Assembly (NCBI RefSeq): GCF_009914755.1
Contig: NC_060937.1
From: the human T2T-CHM13v2.0 reference genome, Homo sapiens
Reading direction: 5' to 3' (one strand)
DNA: 64,000 bases
The notes beneath the pieces are model-generated. The model was given only the letters and a program-made list of their open reading frames with translations, ran no database searches and was not told the DNA's origin. Within the stretch, counting starts at the first letter, position 1. Every line of letters starts with the position of its first letter. Shown here in pieces: positions 50,900 to 64,000 of the stretch. The position numbers and the translations under genes were made by a program.

Positions 50900-51440
50900 T
50901 CATGGAAAAATACTTCAATGTGATGTAATTAGAGCTCAAAATAAACTTTCTGAAACTAAATGTCAGGATTTCTAAAATAGAGTTATTTAATAAAACAAAA
51001 ATACAGTGGTGACTGTGGAAAGTTAATTATGAAACAAAAAGTATATAAACGTGAAATAATGAGAGAAAACTGGGGGAAATATATTCATGAACATATAAGT
51101 AATAAGCAAATACTTTGCAAATTATAGTTAAAGAAAAAAGGAAATAAACAGATGGGGGAGAATTAAGAATCGGTGAAGTAATAGAAGTAAGCATTCCTTG
51201 AGGGCTTGAGTGTTCAAATTCAAGATATCATGAAGCTCCTAGAGAGATTAATGGAAAAAGAAAATCACTTTGATATAGCATAGGAAAAATTACTTAAATT
51301 GAGAGTAAATCTTACAAGCTTTCAAACAAACAAATTACTTCTAAAGGAAAGAGAATAGACTCTATTTAAGAAAAATCCAAAGAGGAATATTTTAACCTCA
51401 CAGAAATTAGAAATAATAGATCTCATCTCAAGCTAGGTAA
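50900..51440 (+). mobile_element. Highly degenerate L1M/HAL1 ORF1-like relic
   Basis: A-rich sequence with aaatcttacaagctttc...aattacttctaaaggaaagagaatagact. Confidence 0.4.
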
Positions 51441-54400
51441 AGAAAAAGAGTTGTAAAATAATATTAGACAACAGATTATTAATATAAATGGGTGTTGAGT
51501 GACAGTTGGAATCATAGCATTCATATCAAGCAAGTTTCTTTGAATTTGGAGAGCTATACTGTAATGAACAACCTGGAAATTATCAGATGAAAGAGGTGCG
51601 GGGTGATTCCATGGGATTGTGTGAGGGGAGTAGAGATGGTGTAAAAGTACCATAAGAATCTGTTCTTTATGTCTGTGCAAGGAGAAACCTATGAACTCTT
51701 GGTGAGAGTGCTTTAATTTTTTTTTAAATAGAAGCATATGCAACTGGCTATGACAACTACAGATTAGAAGAAAAATACTAGTGACTTTTTACTTAGAAAA
51801 AGAACAGGTATTCCTCTCTTACCACTTTCAAAACAGTATATGCTCTTTGGTTACAACTAAAGCTGTAAATTAAGTTTTCAAAAATTAGAAACTTTACAAC
51901 CTAGATTCATATGCCATAACATAGTGAATCCAAAAAAGTTACTATATATCCATTATAAAATCCCTCAGAGGCTCAAACTTGTTATTGTCTTGAGCTTCTC
52001 ACTTATATTTTTCCTCCTTTGAACACCAAATATTTTAATGTTATTTACAACATTTGGATACTTTTTATTACTACTGTGCTTCATGTTTTAAAATTAGGGT
52101 TAGCCACTAAATTGTATCCAATATGTTTAATTGTATGCATTGATTTGATTTGATTATTTCTTCTTTGATTTAGTGATTTTCTTCTTAGTTCCGTTTATCC
52201 TTTTTGTAAATTTGGAAGTTCTGTTTTACATGTCCATTTATAACTCAAAGTTAGCAAATGAAAGAAAACAAACAAGAAGATTGTGTAATTTTGAGATATA
52301 AAGTAATGTCAGATCCAGACAATTCCTTGAAGATAATTCACATCTTAAGGAATGAAAGAAGTTAATCAGTTCCTAGTATCTTCTTACCAAGCCTGCTGCA
52401 CAATCTACTAAAGAATGATTTGATTTTCCCACCTGAACCGCTTCGATGTCTCTACTGTTTTGGTCTTTTCATAACTCACTGGCTTGCTCCTTTGAAGCTG
52501 TCTGCCTCACTTAAATAATTCCTGATGTGATCATTTCATTCCTGGTTCTTTCCCATCCTGAGATTTTATTCTTCCCACTCCAATTTTGCTCCCAGGTTTT
52601 TGTCACTTGCCCCAAGGTCCGGGAACTGATTTTACTTAACCTTCCTGTGGTTCTCTGGCATTCAATTTCTTTCTGCTGTTTCTTGAACAAAATGTTCTTA
52701 CCAATACGGGACAACAATTGAAGGATTCTTTATTTGATAATCTTGCTCTCACTAATGACAGATATCATCATGCAATTTATGGTTTGAAGAAGATAGAATT
52801 AGTTGAAAAACTGCAGCAGATGTTATTTATAACATTAAGAATAAAATACAATATATTATTTTTGAGCCGATAAATCTCACAATGAAGATGTAGAGGAGCA
52901 ATTGAAACTCAATGTTGTGCTTGTCTTTAGAACCTGAATATGCAAAGCACATGCCTTATTAGATTAGATTTTGATCTTTTTTTCCTACTTGTATTTAAGG
53001 AGATTGAGTTTTTCTGTGTTAAGTGCATCATCTTTGTTTTCAAATAGTTTGTCTTTCATTCACTGGTACCAATAGGCAGGAAGTTGAAGTTACTATCATT
53101 ACTCAAAATCCACGACTTGGCAAATGTTGTCTTTGTTAAATTGCGTGGGTTAGACGTTTTCTGAGCTGTAACCTTCATCCTGTTCAACTGAGTTGATTAA
53201 AACAAGTTGTGTGAAAATTAAATGCAAGAAATATTTAATAATGAAAAGACAATGATAGAAAATGGACAACCTTTAGAATTTTAAATGTAAGGATTGTTTA
53301 AACAGTACATAGTTCATATTTCTCTAAGGGTTGAATTTTTTCAGCACAATAGGCACATGTTTCCAAAGAAGATGATTACATCTCATATTATCTTTAAACA
53401 GAAAAACATGTTTCTTTTCCTTATCTCTTTTTATATCATTGTGGATATTTGTATTAGTAATTAAATAAAATCATATGACATTCAGTTAAGCTATGACAGG
53501 CCATCAGTTCTTTTAAAATATGTCTCTATGCATTTTTTTAACTTTGCTATGAGAATTGAAAAAATTATTTAATACATTGGAAAATTGCTTCACTAAATGT
53601 TAGTTACTAAAATCTAGAAGTGTTAAATGTCTGAGATGCTCTTTAAGTTTTAGATAGTGGCTGAGGCAGCAGGGGAAATCTGCTGAACTAATTGCTTTTC
53701 TCTCTTTATATCTCTAACTAAATCTCTACTCAGATTTTTCTTTGTGATATTGGCCTGTGGTCAGCATATACCACTTGGCCAAAAACACATTGTGGCTTAG
53801 GCAATTGCTTATCTTCTCTGATTCTCAGTTTCTTCTTATAGAAAGGATGGATTTGGGTAAGATCTCCAGGGTACCTTCTGACTCTTAACATTTTCAGACT
53901 CTTAGACTCATTGACTCTCATCTCATTCCTGCGTTAGCCCTGGGGATATCCTCTGGTGCATGTTTGCACTTCCTCTTCCTGTCATCTCTTGGTGAATTCT
54001 CAGATAATACAGATATTGTTAGTGTCAGCCTGGCTATGATACAAAAAGCACAAGGACATAATCACTAGGAGAAATTTTGTGTAATAACACTAAGCTTTGT
54101 ATAGCTCATACACTGTATACTCAGTTTAAAATGTTAATTTATTGAAAGAAAATGAAGATGTGTGTAATGAAAAATAACAATTATGAATTAAACAAGATAA
54201 AGAAGCACCCTTGTTTTATTTGCAGAAGTATATTTCAAAGAAATCTGTATCACTTCAGTTATATGCAATGAAGTTATTCCCCATTCTCACTCTTAGTCCA
54301 TATAAACACTATTGTGATGTTTATTAAATATGGCATTATTTTCAAATTAGAAAATGTAGTGTACTTAATGTTTTCTTTGTTGCTTTTCAGTGGAAAACAA

Positions 54401-55849
54401 ATTGCTGAAGCAGCAGATTTAGTTTAGGTGCCTTTCTTCCTAAAATCTTCCACAGAAAAAGATCCACAACACTTCGATTCCAACACAAATACTTTGCAGT
54501 CTTCCTAAAAGCATTCACTTTGTTATTCTTCTCTATTTTTCATAAAATTATTAAGCCATTCAAACATTCAGAGTCCAATGACTATGGTAATGATTTAAAA
54601 AGATAGGTTATTTTATTATCAATAACATAACATATTTGAATATACAAAGGGCACGTAAAACATAGCAGAATTTTATCTAAGTTTCTGTGCTTTGGAATAA
54701 AAAAACAGCTTTTTAATCAAATTCTCTCTTAACTACATATTGCCAACAAATAGAAAAATATTTGCTTAAAAAGCAGACAAAATACAAACATACGGCATTT
54801 GTATTCTTTAAAAGTCTCAAGGAGCTTTGATTTTTCTCATTGGGTAAATAGTACAAAAATATTTTAAAATATAGTCAGTTTGCTAAAATAAAATTATGTT
54901 AGTTAATAAGTTCCTTTGCTTTCATCACAACATCATCTCCATTTCCTTCACCAAATAATGCATAACTGACTATATTTTCTTCCAGGATGGCACTTTTTTA
55001 TTGAAGTCATGCATTGGCCAGCATTTTAACCCAATAACCTAAGCTGAGAACAGAGCATGGCCTATAGCATTAAGTGAACTTTATTTAAATACTGATTCTT
55101 CTTCTCGATAGTGTGACCTTGGTAAATTACATTAAATTCTATGGATTCCATTTCCTCCTCTTTAAAATTGAAGATCTACTTGAGAGTTGATGAGAACTGC
55201 ATATTCTGAAATGCTTTTAAACTACAAAGAGCTATGCAAAGGGTAGGATTCTTCAGTGAGAAAATGGAAAATGAAATGTTATCCACATCATATTTTCCTA
55301 AATAAACTCAAGCCCATGTCTGGAACTAGATCCAGGTCTGGGTTAAAATCCAATTTCTGACATTCATTCCTTAAGTCAACACAAGCAAATTACAGTATCA
55401 GCTTTCGCAGCTATCTAATGGGGATTAAAACAATGCCATCATCATGGACTTATAAAGATTAAATGAGAAAGTGTAAGTTAAGCATCTGTCTTAGTGCTTG
55501 GCATTAGTATGTGTCCTATCAGCCTCATTAACTAGGATGTAAAGAGGAATATTGTGTGTATGAGGCCTCTTCTGTATACAGCAATGTTGTAAATTGATAA
55601 TAGATATACATGCTGTAACACTGGAGAGTGCAATACTCAATCTTCCCCACCACAGGGAATTACATAACATTATACCCAGTTGTTTAGATAAACTAACAAG
55701 CAAAAATATAAGCACATTATTTGATTTTTCTCTTTACTCTCCACCGTCATCCCCCATCTCATCTATCCAGACATTCTTTCTGATTTATGAACAAATTGTA
55801 TTTTCAGTTGTTATGTCTTTGTTTACTTCTATGCTACCACTCTAAAGAA

Positions 55850-56545
55850 GCCACCATCAATGTTTTTAATAAGCTAATAGTCTCCAAAGTAAATGTATTA
55901 ATCATCTTTGTTTTTCACCCAAATATATTCTGCTTTGAGTAGCCACAGTTACCTTTGTCAGGAAGTTATTGCCTAAATGTAGAATGAAACAAAAACTCTT
56001 TGCTGTGTTCTAGAGTTCTCTTTTATTGTAGCTCCTGTCTATATCTCTAAGGTCAATTTAACCCCCCACCCACCTTCTTCATTAAGTCCTTGCAATAATA
56101 GTGCACTTGAGGGCTGTTGCACTTGATAGCCTCCTTGTTCGAATCATTTTCCCATAATCTCATGCCTCCTCCTGCCTGACTGGCTCCTTCTCATATTTTG
56201 TATGTCCACACCAGTGTGACTTTCTCAAACAAGCTGTCCCTGAGCACTCCCATAAAAGCAGCTTTTGATGTGCTGCTTTTATGGGAGAGCTCCCTCATGT
56301 TATCCTGCTTAAATCCTCCACTGAATTTATCTGTTTACCACAATCTTTTTATTTATCTCTATGAATGTTTCTGATCTGTTCTTGCTTGTCTCCCTAACTC
56401 CCAGAATTTCATTTAAATGAGAACAGGGTGTTTACTCTATGTTCAGAACTATAGCTGTAGCCTATTTTTTTTTAAAGGAGCTTATTATTAATATATGCTC
56501 ATTAAATACATGTTTAATGATTAATGAATTGAATTAATGCATTAA
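55850..56545 (+). mobile_element. LINE-2 3' portion
   Basis: ttgagggctgttgcacttg, ctggctccttctcat, cttgcttgtctcc, ctcattaaatacatgtttaatgattaatgaa tail. Confidence 0.6.
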
Positions 56546-57402
56546 TTCAATAATAAAATTCACAAAATGCAGTCTATGTTTTTCTCTAAATAGTCAGTTG
56601 TCTCTTGTTAAGCTACTGGATTTGAGCTGGGCCTAAGGTTTTAAATACCTAATACAGATGCCACTTCTGTAAGGTTCTAATTAATTGGAGATGAAATCAG
56701 TTACTTTCTCCTCTACTTCCAAAGCAATAGTATGTCTTTCCTCATGTTATATAACAGTTCATCATTGCATAGCTACTTTGCAGAGTATCTTTCTCCAACT
56801 AGATTACTGACAATGTACAGACAGCGAGTATATATTTTCATCTCTTTATGTCTATCACCTGGGCCTAGTGAATGCTTAATAAATGTATGCTGAATTAAAT
56901 TGAATTATTGCCATGATTCATGTGAACTGCAGTCAAAATAGTTCAGAAAAAATGCAGAGGGAAAACTGGCCACTTAAGTAGCTCATGTCTCCATGGAGTG
57001 TTCCAATCAGCTCCAGCTTCAGGCCCGTCAGGAATTGCACACTAATTCTAGCCAAAGAAAAAAATCTGGACCAGAAGATGCCCGGAAATTCATTTGATCC
57101 CTTCATGTAAATTGTGCCTTAAATAGAATATCAGATTCACTATGAAATCAAGAAAACTGGAAATTTAGCAAAGTTGAATGAAAGTTTTAGGTTTTATTCA
57201 GAAGTGTGATGTCAAATGGATATAACTTACAAAGTGTTTTTCTTCATTTTTTTCCCTTTATAAGTGGCACAGAAAATTTGTTTTTACTTATGTTTTTGCA
57301 TCCAGAGTATCAGTAATACTCAAGAATAAATACAGTCTTTTGAAGTGTGTGGCAAATCTGAGTCTAGAATTAGATTTGAAATGGAAAATGACATATTTTC
57401 TT

Positions 57403-57720
<318 letters not shown>

Positions 57721-59279
57721 AACATATTGTCTTAAAAGTAGTCTCTTCCACTATTTTGGAAATCTAAGTGTCACCTCTAAAATGTATTGGTTCGAGGAAT
57801 AAGATTCACTACAACCATACTGAGATATGTTTTTACCATATATATCTATGTCATCTCTTTGACAGTTTTTACCATTTCCAGGAGATAAAACTCCTACACA
57901 TATATTATTAGAAATTATAAAAAGTAATTGTAGCATCCTTAATAGGTACAATTCTAATTATTTTCTTTTTTATGCAATGGTAAAGACTACTTAAAATAAA
58001 TTTTTTGAATGACAGATTATTTGCCCCTTCCTGTAGCTATTTCAGATAATGAGATTATTAAGTAGTTTTTTGAATGTTTTTAAAATGTAATATTTTCTTT
58101 GACTTCAGACACTATTTCAAAAATCAAAAATTTGAGAAAATACACATATGCTGGGATGGTTCTTTTAGGAAATGATAATGTTATAGTTAATGTTGAAAAA
58201 TATGCTGTCTGAGTGTGAAGGAATAATAATGTTTAACGTAAAGCCAACTATTCAAAATAACAACTTAAAGGTGAAAGCTTTTTGTTGATAAGACCAACTC
58301 TTGATATAGCCGTAACTTAAGACAGTTCTTTCTTTTAAATTTTCCTCAGGTTATTCTGTCTCTCAGACCAAGCATCACTTTATTCAACATTTTTCTAAGT
58401 ATGTTCTGTAGACCAAAAATTCTGTAGGATTTTCCGTGAAAAAGGTTTACATGGTTCAGTAGATTTGGGAAGCCATACGTTGCATATCACCCCCTTGAGA
58501 ATTTACATGCACAAGGTAATCTAAAGCCTCTCCAGCATCCAAAAGTAATGTTTAGCATAGAATTTTTAAAACTCATTTGACCACAGTACTATCTTATTGT
58601 GACATCTGTTAAAAGTCATAGAAACAGTCTTCTTCGGTCCTTGCCTTGTCATAATAGCTATGAATATTATATGAATTAAGATTTTTGCTGGCTATAATCA
58701 ATTTTCGTGGCACTTGTTCTTAATAAATCGGATTCACTGCCGCCTCATAAAATGGGAATTGGCAGTTCTTGTAGACTTCTAAGTACACATACAATGTCTT
58801 TCTTATTTATATATAAACATATGTCTCTATATGTTTTTAGCAAGGTGATACACATAAAATAAATTCAAGATATTTCAGAGTATTCATTGTCCATTTTAAA
58901 TTTGTATTTGACAAATTGGTGTGCCTGAACAGAGCTAGAAATTTAAAGTGAAAATTAGAAATAAATTCAATTCGATAAGGATAAACAAACATTGACCTAA
59001 AGCCATGAAGAGCATGAGGAACAATGTAAAGGTAGAGGCTGCCCATGATAGTTGCTGATAAGTTCTGTTTTTCATTAATGTAAAGAAAGGCACAGAATTG
59101 TAAACATGCTCTCAGATCATTCAACAAAGATGAGCAATTGAACAAGCCTTTCTGCAAGCTTGCATCACATCTGCCCATCTGGTCCCACAAGCTCTGGTTT
59201 CTGTGTTTCTTTGAATAAACTGAACACAATCTTATCAAAATTGTGATCTAAAGCCCATTTTCTCTCACCTTTTCAAACT

Positions 59280-60180
59280 ATCATTACGTCATCTCTCTTC
59301 AGCAACATCAATTTTTCTTTCTCTTCTGCAACATCCCTAGGATTGCTGTTATTACTCCCATCTTAAAAAAAAAAAGAAAAAAAAAGAGAGAGAGAGAGAG
59401 ACAATGAGAGAGAAAAACAACCAAATTGAAAAAAGAATAGTCCCTTGATCCAACATTCCTCTTTAGTTTCTGGTCTACTTTTCTGCTTCCCTCAGACAAA
59501 GAACAAAAACAAAACAAACAAAAAAACACTAGAAAGAGCTATTTGTAGGAGTTGTTGTTCTTTTCATTTTTCCTTCCCTAATTCATTTTCAGAACCCACA
59601 AAATTTAAGCTTCCTCCTCACTATCATCAAAGTCACCAGTGACTTCCATATTATTTACCTCAGTACAGCCCATTGGCCCCTCTGGAAGCCCTCAGCACTT
59701 GTTTCCTATAACCTTCCTTCCCTATCCTCTTCTCCTCCAGTTGTATTGGTCCTTTGCTGGTCCTCAAACATGCCAAGCCTCCTCCCTTCTCGGGGCATTT
59801 GCAGTTGGTGTACCCTCTGCCTCACACTCTCTTCTTCAGGTATTCTGAGCCCACCCTCCCACTTTCTTTAGGTTTCTGGATCAAATATCACCTTATTAGT
59901 AAGACTCCCCTTTACCACTTACATAAATGAAGCACCATGCACTTTGGCACTTCCTATTATTCTGTCCTCTGATTTTTCTCAGCAACATTTATCAATTGAA
60001 TAAATAAATATTAAATAGCTGTTCATTTGCTTTTGTCTCTCTCATGCACTTTACATCTATAAGGTGAGTTGGGCTTGGCAGATATTTTGTTACCGTGTTC
60101 TTAGCTACTGTCCAATTGTGAAATAGAGCCTAACATGCAGTAGGAACTTATTGCATGTTTGCTGATTAGATGAACATGAG
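59280..60180 (+). mobile_element. LINE-2 fragments
   Basis: ggtcctttgctggtcctcaaacatgccaag...ggggcatttgcagttggtgtaccctctgcct...gagcctaacatgcagtagg...gatgaacatga. Confidence 0.7.
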
Positions 60181-60523
60181 CAGATATCAAGTGCTTGGTA
60201 TGTATAGAACATGTTGAGCATTAAATAACTAAATTATTAGTAAGATACAGGTCTACTGATCTTTGTAATAGTGCTAAAATGGCTAAAAGTACCAGGAAGA
60301 CTTCTTCATGGATGGCTTTGAACTACTTCTAAAAGTTTGGTAGGATGTCTACACATGGAGATTGTGGGGAATTTCAAGCACATAATAAGCAAAGAACCAA
60401 GGTAGGAAAGTATTGAGGAAATAATGGCTGATGTATTTTTTCTAAAGCAAGGGGTAGGATGATTAGGAAAGAAAAGAAGCAGGTAGAATATATTGGGGGA
60501 AAAGTAGCCCAAATAACAAATTA

Positions 60524-60543
60524 TATTTATGTATGTATGTATA

Positions 60544-60585
<42 letters not shown>

Positions 60586-60633
60586 CATATGTATGCATGT
60601 ATGTGTGTATATATATGTATGTGTATATATATA
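60524..60633. repeat. (TA)n/(TATG)n microsatellite
   Basis: Direct read of the repeat. Confidence 0.9.
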
Positions 60634-60739
60634 TCCTGCTGTAGCATATGATCTTCAAAGATAAAGGTCTCTACTTATTTACATTTCTACTTAAGATTAT
60701 TCCTTCTACCTGGTAGGCATTCAGTAAAATGTTGGTGCA

Positions 60740-61197
60740 TGCTATGGTTTGAATGTGCCCCCCAAATTTCAAATGTATGTTGGAAATGTAATCCCCAGTG
60801 TGTCAGTATTGAAAGGCCTTTAAGGGGTGATTGTATCATGAGGACTTTGCCAAGCATGTAGAATAGCAAGCAGAACGGGCATTCATGAGGTGATGTTTAG
60901 AAAACCAAAATGTAATTGATTAATAGATTAATGGATTATCATGGGAGCGGAACTGGTTGCTTTATAAGTCAAGGAAGAGAGAATTGAGCAATCACATTAA
61001 TGTATTCAGGCAGACCCTTTGCCGTGGGAGGCTCTGAGCTTTCCTGGGACTCTGCAGAGAGTCCCCATGAACAAGGAGGCTTTCATAAGATGTGCCTCCT
61101 CAAACTTGGCCTTCTCAGCCTTCATAACTATAAGAATTCCATTCTTTTTCTTTAGAAATTATCCAGTTTATAATTATCCAGAAAACAGGTTGAAACA
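60740..61197 (+). mobile_element. MSTC/MSTD-like solo LTR
   Basis: TG...CA termini (tgctatggtttgaatgtg...ttgaaaca) with a perfect 5-bp TSD GTGCA at 60735-60739 and 61198-61202. Confidence 0.88.
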
Positions 61198-61249
61198 GTG
61201 CATTAATAATGGAAGGCAACTTTAGGAGTAAACATACCAAGCTAAAATA

Positions 61250-63589
<2,340 letters not shown>

Positions 63590-64000
63590 TTAAGGAGAGA
63601 GCTTTAAACAGAGGAGAAACATGATCTAATTTGCAGTTGATAAATATCCCTGGCCTCAGTGCAGTGAGTAAAATGGTGGCAGCGGTGGAGTGGCAGGGAG
63701 GATCCAAAGAATTGGGAAGGGAATTGCAACAAACCAAAAACCCAGGAAAGAGATTAGGGTCATCTCCTCTAGATTACTGGCAGTGAGATAGAAAGTAGAC
63801 AGAGAGGTTTCAAAAGTAAGTTCACTGGATTTGGTAATTGCTTAGATGTGAGAATGGAGAAGAATGATGCAATAGCATTTAGCCTTCTGGTTTGGAAAAA
63901 AAAAATATGTACATAGAGCTGAAATCTACAAGATAGGGAAAGTGAGAGCAGGAGTATATCTGAGAGAAAAAGTAATGAGATTCCTTTGGATATGTGGCAT
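63590..64000 (-). mobile_element. LINE-2 fragment
   Basis: Purine-rich antisense L2 motifs (ttaaacagaggagaaacatgatctaatttg, ggatttggtaattgcttagatgtg, atgagattcctttggatatgt). Confidence 0.6.

Noticed and set aside
58837-59238. 133-aa minus-strand ORF (and the 115-aa ORF at 47074-47421)
   Set aside because: Non-ATG starts, composition typical of AT-rich non-coding DNA, no recognisable motif

Overview
AT-rich primate DNA, very probably human because of a human-specific L1 subfamily signature. It is intergenic or deep intronic: I found no recognisable host protein-coding exon, RNA gene or prokaryotic-type system. The ~3.4-20.4 kb block is a stack of nested retroelements built largely inside ancient L1M relics. 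Its centrepiece is a full-length (6.04 kb) minus-strand L1HS of pre-Ta type with a perfect 15-bp target-site duplication (TSD) and an open 1275-aa ORF2. Its ORF1 is broken by one CpG nonsense change (R110*), followed 30 nt later by an in-frame AUG in strong Kozak context, and its antisense ORF0 is truncated. The stack also holds an L1PA15/16-like 3' piece carrying a two-LTR THE1D-type provirus and a short L1 3'UTR insert, and an L1PA7-like element carrying a nested L1PA4/5-like insert. The rest is ordinary repeat-rich DNA (Alus, MaLR LTRs, L2, MER DNA transposons, microsatellites) with several local oddities: a trimeric Alu with a 57-nt tail, perfect short tandem duplications, templated-inversion scars, a 21-bp-stem hairpin and an L1 with no TSD. 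Repeat subfamily names come from recalled consensus diagnostics rather than a database search, and boundaries of old repeats are approximate. I see no evidence of a new biological system; the best lead is the ORF2-intact, ORF1-nonsense L1.
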